23,712 nt of DNA, taken from assembly GCA_051874735.1 (NCBI GenBank), contig JBJEGD010000034.1:75814-99525 (forward strand), in the 5' to 3' direction. Position 1 is the stretch's first letter; each line of letters opens with the position of its first letter. The DNA comes from Candidatus Bruticola sp. Lineage in GTDB: Bacteria > Vulcanimicrobiota > Xenobia > Xenobiales > Xenobiaceae. The notes beneath the pieces were generated by a model. The model was given only the letters and a program-made list of their open reading frames with translations, was not told where the DNA came from and searched no databases. Of the stretch, positions 16,602 through 23,712 are shown piece by piece. A program made the translations under genes and the position numbers.

Positions 16602-17663
16602 ATGACAGAATACAGACATAGTTCGCCTGCGGCTAAGGAAGCGCTTCACAGGATCTTAAAATCGGCCTTCACAGCTAAAGATATAGCCGATCTAATGCCG
16701 GCTATCGATCTAAACAGTCCCATTACTCAAGCCAAAGAAATGATGAATCGGCTGGGATGTCCTATCCTAGGAGTACAGCGGGATGGTCAATACATAGGCT
16801 GGATCGACTTACAAGATCTAATAGGCAAACATGAAGGCGTATGCAGCGATTTTCTGCGCGATTTTGAAGAGCGGCCCATTATTCACGAGACAGCTTCATT
16901 CAAAGAAGTTGTTTTGAGCTTAGCTAAAGGTTCTCCAGTATTTGTAAACGTTATGGGCGAAACAGCAGCAGCCATCTGTCCCTGCGATTTGCAGGATGCT
17001 CCTATGCGCATGTGGCTATTCGGTCTTATAACTTTAATGGAAACCCTGATGCACAGAGCCATAACTTCACAGCTACCCGACGAAACGTGGAGGAAGTATC
17101 TGTCACCCGGACGTTTAGAAAGAACCTGCGCCCTATACGATGAGCGCAAACGGCGCAACGAAAATATTGATCTTAATGACTGCCTGCAGTTTTCTGATAA
17201 AGCGGACATTCTGCTTCGTTATCCCGTAACTGCTTCAGCTCTTGGTTTCGCCTCCAAAAGACGTGGTCAAGAATTTTTTTCCAAATTGGAATCACTGCGC
17301 AACATTTTAGCTCACTCTCAGCCTATAACTCCAGATAGTTTACCAACTATAGTGGCTTTGGCTATCTCTTTAGATATTCTGCTCGATGTAGAATCTACGC
17401 CGCTGCTTCAGAAGAATAACACCACTCCCATCCAAGCAGTAAAAAACATGGCCGCACGATTGCAAGAACAGAATATAGACATCAAAACATTTAAAGTTTT
17501 ACCCGGCGTAGCTATTCCTCCCCCTATTCCTAAAGGTAAGCTTCCTCCTAAAACTATTAAGGGAACTCCTCGAGAAGCCATCGAAGCTTCCCACAACGCA
17601 ACGGATACTACAACAAATTCCGATATTAAGTCCGATTCTAAAGGTTCGGACAATGAAGGTTAA
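16602..17663 (+). CDS. CBS-like domain plus HEPN-motif (Swt1-like) protein, putative RNase
   Basis: The N-terminal part resembles a degenerate CBS pair (TAKDIA...PITQAKEMMNRLGCPILGVQRDGQYIGWI). The helical C-part has LFGLITLMETLMHRAI and LRNILAH (R233-x4-H238). Low-complexity P/T/S tail. Confidence 0.7.
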   Translation: MTEYRHSSPAAKEALHRILKSAFTAKDIADLMPAIDLNSPITQAKEMMNRLGCPILGVQRDGQYIGWIDLQDLIGKHEGVCSDFLRDFEERPIIHETASFKEVVLSLAKGSPVFVNVMGETAAAICPCDLQDAPMRMWLFGLITLMETLMHRAITSQLPDETWRKYLSPGRLERTCALYDERKRRNENIDLNDCLQFSDKADILLRYPVTASALGFASKRRGQEFFSKLESLRNILAHSQPITPDSLPTIVALAISLDILLDVESTPLLQKNNTTPIQAVKNMAARLQEQNIDIKTFKVLPGVAIPPPIPKGKLPPKTIKGTPREAIEASHNATDTTTNSDIKSDSKGSDNEG

Positions 17664-17878
17664 CATTTCAAATAAAATATTCTTAAGTTAAATTACGTGC
17701 TAGCCGTCCTTTTAAAGAATAAGATAGTTTTGTCTTGTCTTGCAAGTCGGCTAGGCATAGCTGCAATTAGTTTTTGTTCTTTTGGTTCAGCATAAAGATG
17801 CATTACACAAAAGAGCATAAGCGTTATTTCAATGGAAGGAAATGAAGCCTACTGGCGGCTTCAAGTGATTTATCAAGT

Positions 17879-19708
17879 ATGACAAACGTTCCAACCAATA
17901 ACCAAAAACTTATCAGTTGGGTTAATGAAATTGCCCAGCTTTGCACTCCCGATTCTATCTACTGGTGCGATGGCAGCCAAGAAGAATACGATCGTCTCTG
18001 CCAAGAGATGGTTGAAAGCGGCACTTTCATTAAACTTAATCCAGAAAAGCGCCCTGGCTGTTTCTTAGCCCGTTCTAATCCCGGCGACGTCGCCCGTGTA
18101 GAAGACCGTACCTTTATCTGCACCTCTAAACGAGAAGATGCAGGTCCCACCAACAACTGGATGGCCCCCGATGAAATGAAAGCTATTCTTAAAGGCCATT
18201 TCAAGGGCTCTATGCGCGGCCGCACGATGTATGTCATCCCGTTCAGTATGGGACCTTTAGGTTCTCATATTGCCCAAATCGGTGTAGAAATTACTGACAG
18301 TCCCTATGTAGTAGTCAACATGCGCATTATGACCCGCATGGGGCAGAAAGTGCTCGACGTACTTGGCGAGGACGGTTATTTCGTTCCCTGTTTACATAGT
18401 GTAGGCGCCCCTCTGGAGCCTGGTCAGAAAGATGTAGCTTGGCCTTGCGATAAGGACAACAAATATATCGTTCACTTCCCCGAAGAGAACAGCATTTGGT
18501 CTTACGGCAGCGGATACGGCGGCAATGCTTTGCTGGGCAAAAAATGTTTGGCCCTGCGCATAGCTTCTAATATGGCCAGACGTGAAGGCTGGTTAGCTGA
18601 GCACATGCTGATCCTGGGGGCCGAAGCTCCTAATGGCGAAACTACTTATGTAGCGGCCGCCTTCCCCAGTGCTTGCGGTAAAACAAACTTTGCCATGCTC
18701 ATTCCTCCCAAATCTTTTGAGGGATGGAAAATTTGGACGGTTGGCGACGACATTGCCTGGATTAAGCCCGGAAAAGACGGACGATTCTACGCTATTAACC
18801 CCGAAGCAGGCTTCTTCGGCGTAGCTCCGGGAACTTCTGAAAAGTCCAACTTCAATGCTATGGCCAGCGTAAGCGCTAATACTATTTTCACCAACGTAGC
18901 TCTCACCGATGATGGAGACGTCTGGTGGGAAGGTATGACTAAAGAAGTTCCGGCTCACCTGATCGATTGGCAGGGCAACGATTGGACTCCTGACTGTGGC
19001 CGTCCAGCAGCTCACCCCAATTCACGCTTTACCGCTCCCACTGCTCAATGCCCTACCCTTTCATCAGAATGGAACAACCCTAACGGCGTACCTATTTCTG
19101 CTTTTATATTCGGAGGACGAGTCAGCTCCAATATGCCTTTGGTGTTCCAGGCTTACAACTGGGGTCACGGTGTTTATATGGCAGCGACTATGGGTTCCGA
19201 AAAAACAGCTGCTGCCAACGGCAAAATCGGCGAAATCCGCCGCGATCCTTACGCCATGCTGCCCTTCTGCGGCTATCACATGGGTGACTATTTCGATCAT
19301 TGGCTCGATATGGGACGCAAAACTAACAGCCCTGTACCGATCTTCCGTGTCAACTGGTTCCTCAAAAAAGATGGCAAATTCCTCTGGCCAGGCTTCGGCG
19401 ACAATATGCGCGTCTTGAAATGGATTATCGACCGTGTACACGGACGGGCTAAAGCTGTCGAGTCTCCTATCGGTTTAATGCCTACTTACGAGGATATCGA
19501 TTGGACCGGATTAGAGATGACCCGTGAGCAGTTCAAAGAACTCATGACTATCGATAAAGAAGCTTGGAAAGGCGAACTCTTAGCGCAGGAACAGCTCTTC
19601 GTCAAACTCAGCGAAAGACTGCCTCAAGAATTGGTCATGGAGCGTCAAATGCTGCTGCGCCGCCTCAATCGTACCAACGGCACTTGGACTCCCCCAGAAA
19701 AGGCCTAA
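17879..19708 (+). CDS. pckG: Phosphoenolpyruvate carboxykinase (GTP)
   Basis: [50 protein letters not shown] and WPGFGDN motifs; 609 aa. Confidence 0.98.
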   Translation: MTNVPTNNQKLISWVNEIAQLCTPDSIYWCDGSQEEYDRLCQEMVESGTFIKLNPEKRPGCFLARSNPGDVARVEDRTFICTSKREDAGPTNNWMAPDEMKAILKGHFKGSMRGRTMYVIPFSMGPLGSHIAQIGVEITDSPYVVVNMRIMTRMGQKVLDVLGEDGYFVPCLHSVGAPLEPGQKDVAWPCDKDNKYIVHFPEENSIWSYGSGYGGNALLGKKCLALRIASNMARREGWLAEHMLILGAEAPNGETTYVAAAFPSACGKTNFAMLIPPKSFEGWKIWTVGDDIAWIKPGKDGRFYAINPEAGFFGVAPGTSEKSNFNAMASVSANTIFTNVALTDDGDVWWEGMTKEVPAHLIDWQGNDWTPDCGRPAAHPNSRFTAPTAQCPTLSSEWNNPNGVPISAFIFGGRVSSNMPLVFQAYNWGHGVYMAATMGSEKTAAANGKIGEIRRDPYAMLPFCGYHMGDYFDHWLDMGRKTNSPVPIFRVNWFLKKDGKFLWPGFGDNMRVLKWIIDRVHGRAKAVESPIGLMPTYEDIDWTGLEMTREQFKELMTIDKEAWKGELLAQEQLFVKLSERLPQELVMERQMLLRRLNRTNGTWTPPEKA

Positions 19709-19760
19709 TACGCCCGCAATCTGAAAAAATTTATTTTCAGTTTTAATTAAACAACTGTGA

Positions 19761-19798
19761 GCCGCTTCAGTTCCTACACCGAAGCGGCCCCTTTTTTT
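19761..19798 (+). terminator. Intrinsic terminator of pckG
   Basis: GCCGCTTC (19761-19768) / GAAGCGGC (19781-19788) stem, then CCC and T7. Confidence 0.75.
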
Positions 19799-19819
19799 CC
19801 ACATAAAGGAGCTTTTAGC

Positions 19820-20446
19820 TTGTCGTCTCCGAATAGTCAGCCCACGGAATCTGCTGCAGCAGTCCGCTCAAAAGATTGGCACTTCCTGCTTCAACTTTTC
19901 CGGGAAACTCTGCGCATCAGCACTTTTACCATAGGAGGCGGATTTATTATAATAACTTTCCTCCAAGAGCGCTTCGTTGAAAAACTTCACTGGCTTAGCG
20001 AAGATGAAATGGTAAATTTAGTTGCAATTGCCCAAAGCAGCCCCGGGCCAGTAGCCATCAATACCGCAGTACTAGCTGGATACAAATTAGCTGGCCTAGC
20101 AGGCGCTTTTTTTGCTGTTCTAGGCACAACCCTACCTCCGCTAACGATCATTACTGCCATTGCCTACTGCTATCATTGGATAGCTGATAGCAGATCATTG
20201 CAAGCTTTCTTTTACGGAGCTCGCTACGCAGAAGCAGCTTTAATCGCCAATGTTACTATTAACATGGCTAAAATGATCTTTAAGACCTCGGGGTTGCCAG
20301 GTCTAACTCTAGGGTTAATAGCGGCTTTTATTATTATGACAGCGGCAGACAGTGTAATTTATATAGTCGCAGCTTTTGCTACAGTCGGACTTATTTTTTT
20401 CCGCCACTCAACCCCGCCCAATAAACAGACAGAAACTGCTCAGTAA
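19820..20446 (+). CDS. Short-chain chromate transporter (CHR family), first subunit
   Basis: FTIGGG and AQSSPGPVAIN motifs, several TM segments. TTG start at 19820 follows AAGGAG; the track's start at 19757 runs through the pckG terminator. Confidence 0.9.
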   Translation: MSSPNSQPTESAAAVRSKDWHFLLQLFRETLRISTFTIGGGFIIITFLQERFVEKLHWLSEDEMVNLVAIAQSSPGPVAINTAVLAGYKLAGLAGAFFAVLGTTLPPLTIITAIAYCYHWIADSRSLQAFFYGARYAEAALIANVTINMAKMIFKTSGLPGLTLGLIAAFIIMTAADSVIYIVAAFATVGLIFFRHSTPPNKQTETAQ

Positions 20447-20461
20447 CAGGAAACACAAAAA

Positions 20462-21055
20462 TTGATTTGGCCTTCTTTATCAATATTATGGAAGCTATAT
20501 ACAATATTTTTTAACATAGGACTGCTCTGTTTTGGAGGAGGGTACGCAGCTGTCCAATTAGCTCAAGATCAGACCGTATATGTCAATCATTGGCTGACCC
20601 CTGGAGAGTTTAGCAGTATAGTGACTATAGCCGAGATGACTCCTGGCCCTATAGCTCTTAATGTGGCTAGCTTTGTGGGAACTAAAGAAGCGGGAATATT
20701 AGGAGCGATCATCGCGACTATTGGCCTCATCTCTGCTCCCTGTTTAATAACAGCTATCCTAGCTTATATGTACCAACGTTATCAGCAATGCCCAGCAGTA
20801 GATGCTCTTCTGAAAGGTATAAAACCAGCCGTGCTGGGCATGCTTATCTGTGTAACTACGTCTTTTATTATTCTGTCTATGAATAAACCTCCGCAGTTAG
20901 CAGCCTTAGAGCAGAATAGTTTCACTTTTAATCCTTTAACTCTGGCAGTTATAGGACTATCGGCTTACGCTCTTAATAAAAAAATTATCGGTCCTCTTAC
21001 CATAATTTTTTTAACTGGTTTTACTTCATTAATAATTGAATTTTTATTCCGTTAA
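20462..21055 (+). CDS. Short-chain chromate transporter (CHR family), second subunit
   Basis: FGGGYA, AEMTPGPIALN and GIKPAV motifs. Tandem pairs are typical of short-chain CHR proteins. Confidence 0.9.
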   Translation: MIWPSLSILWKLYTIFFNIGLLCFGGGYAAVQLAQDQTVYVNHWLTPGEFSSIVTIAEMTPGPIALNVASFVGTKEAGILGAIIATIGLISAPCLITAILAYMYQRYQQCPAVDALLKGIKPAVLGMLICVTTSFIILSMNKPPQLAALEQNSFTFNPLTLAVIGLSAYALNKKIIGPLTIIFLTGFTSLIIEFLFR

Positions 21056-21651
21056 GTTAAAGCAGGTATCCATTCTAAAATACCTTGAACGGGATTGAGC
21101 TGGCGGTACCGCATAAAATCTTGATAGTTGTCCACTTTACCTTCCAAAACAGCTCGGCAGTATTCAATTCCCATAACTTTTTCACTTTCCGGAGTTAAAT
21201 ACTTTAGCTGCAATATAAGAAGGCGCTGTTCTTCAGTTAGGATACGTTTTATGTGCTCAGCCTGTTTTTCAAAAAAGCCGTCATATTTGCTACCTTTTTG
21301 AATGTGGACTATGTCTATCTGCCATTTCTTTTCAGAAGCAGTTTTATAAATTAACTGCCACTGCAGACAGGCTTCCTCCGTATCAAGAAAATTAAAGTAA
21401 CTGATATTCTTAACGTGATAATTTGCGGCTAATTGGGCCACAGCTTTAAAACTACTCTCTATGCTGACACTGTCCGAGTAAACGTGAAAATCTATATCTA
21501 AATGGGTGCACATTAGTGCAGTAGCTAATGAACCGACTAAATGTATATCAGCGCCAATATTATGCCATGCTTCTATAATATTTAAATCTTCAATAATATT
21601 TTTAGCCTCAGCCATATTATTTGCTGAGATAAGCTCATAAAGTTCAGCCAT
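21052..21651 (-). CDS. Pol-beta-superfamily nucleotidyltransferase-like protein of unknown substrate
   Basis: hG[GS] + DxD signature LVGSLATALMCTHLDIDFHV, and a candidate third acidic residue in WQIDIVH. Confidence 0.65.
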   Translation of the reverse strand: MAELYELISANNMAEAKNIIEDLNIIEAWHNIGADIHLVGSLATALMCTHLDIDFHVYSDSVSIESSFKAVAQLAANYHVKNISYFNFLDTEEACLQWQLIYKTASEKKWQIDIVHIQKGSKYDGFFEKQAEHIKRILTEEQRLLILQLKYLTPESEKVMGIEYCRAVLEGKVDNYQDFMRYRQLNPVQGILEWIPALT

Positions 21652-21660
21652 ATAATTTCT

Positions 21661-22542
21661 TTACCAATTATCTAGACAACTAAAGTTATCTCTATTTTTT
21701 AGATACTCACTAATAAAGCTGTCTTTCAAAGGCAGAACCATCTGACAACTTCCTGAACCTAAATAATCAAAACGATTATCCTCTGCAAGCTTTTCATTTA
21801 AAATGGAATCAGCAATTGCCAAAGGTTTGTTATGACTAACTATCTCTGCTAGATTGAAGACTTCATCAGTTTCACTGCCAACAAATTCTTCACACTCGCC
21901 TTTTTGATTCAAAATAACGTAAGCAGAGATCTGATTTTGACTGTTTTTAAGCGCATAAACTGCAGCAGAATCGTAAAGGCGCCACTTCCAATATTCGGCG
22001 CTACGGTCTAACCAGCCGAATTTCCGGTGCAAGTTGTAACAATCAGCTAAAGCTTGACAATGATACTCATTTTCCAAAATTACTTGAAAAGCAAGACAAT
22101 TTTTCTTAAAGTTTTCTTTCCGCCGCCAAAGTTTATGCCAAGAAGCTGGTTGATAGCCTAATTTAGCATAAAAATCGGGAATATAAGTAGAAAGCATAAC
22201 TACATCTGCTCCGCTTAGTGATGCCCGCTTGGCTATAAATTTTAGCACCATAGAGGAGAGTCCTTGACCTCGCCATTTTTCAGCTGAGGCCACTCCAACA
22301 ATAAAAGCAGCAACGCCGGAAAATTTAAACGAACCAGTATAATTTAAGTTTAGCATAAAAGCCATACTGGCCACTTCCTGCTGACGAACGCAAACAGCTC
22401 CTAAAGCTTCAGATAACCTACCTCGGAAGTAACTTTGAAAAGCGCTTTCATTATCCTCAGGAAAGGCTTCCAACCACAGTTTACCAATAGAATTAGAGTC
22501 TAAATCTAGATTTTTCTGAGTAGCGATATCATAAATTAGCAT
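21661..22542 (-). CDS. GNAT N-acetyltransferase (Eis-like N-terminal domain)
   Basis: Acetyl-CoA motif VASAEKWRGQGLS, FYAKLGY, and a second-domain RSAEYW. ATG 22542 lies 10 nt after the upstream stop. Confidence 0.85.
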   Translation of the reverse strand: MLIYDIATQKNLDLDSNSIGKLWLEAFPEDNESAFQSYFRGRLSEALGAVCVRQQEVASMAFMLNLNYTGSFKFSGVAAFIVGVASAEKWRGQGLSSMVLKFIAKRASLSGADVVMLSTYIPDFYAKLGYQPASWHKLWRRKENFKKNCLAFQVILENEYHCQALADCYNLHRKFGWLDRSAEYWKWRLYDSAAVYALKNSQNQISAYVILNQKGECEEFVGSETDEVFNLAEIVSHNKPLAIADSILNEKLAEDNRFDYLGSGSCQMVLPLKDSFISEYLKNRDNFSCLDNW

Positions 22543-22552
22543 CTGCTTAAAT

Positions 22553-23452
22553 TTATTGCACAAAATTAACCCAATAGTGCTGGGCAAAAGATATAGGATT
22601 ATATGAAATCTTAGAGCGGCGCAAACCTTCTTCGCCTAGATCTTCTTCCCTATTTACATATGTAGTATGCTGCCAACAACGGCGCAGGAATTCTCTATTT
22701 ATCCAAGCGTATAGGTCTCTATACTCTGGGTGGCATTTTTCAAAATGAATTAAAACTGTATCAGCAGATATTTGCTCTCCTACAGTTAAACCTATAAATT
22801 TTTTACCTTCTTTAACTAAACAAGCTTTTATATTTAGACTATCAGCCCAAGTTAAAGTGCGCTGTAAAGCTAAGTGCTCTGCCCCTTCAGCAGCTAAAGC
22901 GGAAAAATCTTCATTAACTTCCGGAACCTTGCCCTTTTCCCAAGTTTTATACAATTCTAAACAAACATTCAGCAATTCTGGCTTGTATTCGACCCATTCT
23001 AAAGCTACGTGATTTTTAATAAAACTATTTATACGGTTGCGCTTGCCGCGGTAGATATGTCCTTCTAAATTAATTAAATCGGCAGTTTTGTAAATATATT
23101 CGGACATATCACGAAAAACTTCAAAAAACGCAATTCCGGGACAATCAGTCTCAATACGCTGGCGAACTGATTCACAAGCTAATAGCCGACCGCTATTGCT
23201 AAGCTGTTTAACTTTATTCAGAGAATCAATTATAGATATTTGAGCAGATTTTACAAAAGGAACCAAGTAAGTACCGCCCTTATCGTAGTAAAAAGTTTTT
23301 ATATAAATAGCCTGATCATCTTCAGCAATTAATATATTACCGTTTTCAGACCAGCCATACCAATAAGCAAAAGAATCATAGGCACAACCGGTATTATTTA
23401 TATATTTTTGAAATAAAAAGCGATCTTCTAAAGTTATATTCCTAAAAAGCAT
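22553..23452 (-). CDS. DUF2156 family protein (soluble homolog of the aminoacyl-phosphatidylglycerol synthase catalytic domain)
   Basis: EYIY...L...L.G, KRNRIN, IHFEK and NREEDLGEEGLRRSKISYNP motifs; no TM segments. Confidence 0.88.
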   Translation of the reverse strand: MLFRNITLEDRFLFQKYINNTGCAYDSFAYWYGWSENGNILIAEDDQAIYIKTFYYDKGGTYLVPFVKSAQISIIDSLNKVKQLSNSGRLLACESVRQRIETDCPGIAFFEVFRDMSEYIYKTADLINLEGHIYRGKRNRINSFIKNHVALEWVEYKPELLNVCLELYKTWEKGKVPEVNEDFSALAAEGAEHLALQRTLTWADSLNIKACLVKEGKKFIGLTVGEQISADTVLIHFEKCHPEYRDLYAWINREFLRRCWQHTTYVNREEDLGEEGLRRSKISYNPISFAQHYWVNFVQ

Positions 23453-23558
23453 AAGACCTCAAATTAAATAAGTAGCTCCAGCATATACCAAAGCTAATAG
23501 TTAAACACCTTCCCTAATTAATACTGTCGCTAAAAGATTGTTGCATAAACATAGTTAT

Positions 23559-23587
23559 ATTTTATTTTCAATAGCATTAAGTTACAA
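23559..23587 (-). promoter_or_regulatory. Candidate sigma70 promoter for the DUF2156-GNAT-NTase operon
   Basis: On the minus strand, TTGTAA (23587-23582), 17 nt spacer, TAAAAT (23564-23559). The region is AT-rich, so a chance match is possible. Confidence 0.45.
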
Positions 23588-23660
23588 AATACGAACAAGC
23601 TCAATAGAGATAGCGTACAACATAGACCACAGATGAAGGCGAAACTCAAGCGAAAGCAAG

Positions 23661-23693
23661 AAAAAAGCCCGCTGAGTTTTACCCGGCGGGCTT
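23661..23693 (-). terminator. Intrinsic terminator for a minus-strand transcript entering from beyond the window
   Basis: Minus strand reads AAGCCCGC-cgggtaaaactca-GCGGGCTTTTTT. Confidence 0.8.
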
Positions 23694-23701
23694 AAATATA
23701 A

Positions 23702-23712
23702 TTCCGGCGGTT
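23702..23712 (-). rRNA. Possible extreme 3' end of a 5S rRNA
   Basis: Minus strand reads AACCGCCGGAA, resembling the 3' strand of 5S helix I, about 8 nt before a strong terminator. Only 11 nt are visible. Confidence 0.25.

Noticed and set aside
445-19804. Short antisense or alternate-frame ORFs in the track (e.g. 1691-2047, 5107-5463, 11844-12233, 18593-19015, 18996-19418)
   Set aside because: They lie inside well-supported genes, show no recognisable motifs, and are expected shadow ORFs.
19820-21055. Split or pseudogenised chrA
   Set aside because: Paired short-chain CHR genes are a normal architecture; both are intact with their own motifs and RBS-like sites.
16602-21651. HEPN protein plus the nucleotidyltransferase as a HEPN-MNT toxin-antitoxin pair
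   Set aside because: The genes are ~3.4 kb apart on opposite strands, separated by pckG and the CHR genes, and the NTase is about twice minimal-MNT size and embedded in another operon.

Overview
Bacterial chromosomal segment of mostly housekeeping and accessory genes, with no mobile element or CRISPR array visible. In order: the 3' end of a CDS built from a 66-69 bp coding tandem repeat; an oversized alpha-D-phosphohexomutase with an apparent signal peptide; rpsU; ung; an S8 subtilase; a long Hsp70-like protein; an OmpR/sensor-kinase pair; a minus-strand run of M16 peptidase, secreted Asp-box protein, DUF523/TudS-like desulfidase and thiI; an ~850 bp gene-free gap with an orphan terminator; a CBS-like + HEPN-motif (RxxxxH) protein; GTP-dependent PEP carboxykinase; a paired short-chain chromate transporter; and an AT-rich DUF2156 / GNAT / nucleotidyltransferase operon. 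The window ends in a terminator and possibly the last bases of a 5S rRNA. Best leads: the CBS-HEPN putative ligand-gated RNase with an upstream candidate small transcript, the apparently exported phosphohexomutase, the TudS-ThiI (4-thiouridine remover/writer) adjacency, and the three-transferase operon. All calls come from motif recognition by eye; no searches were run.
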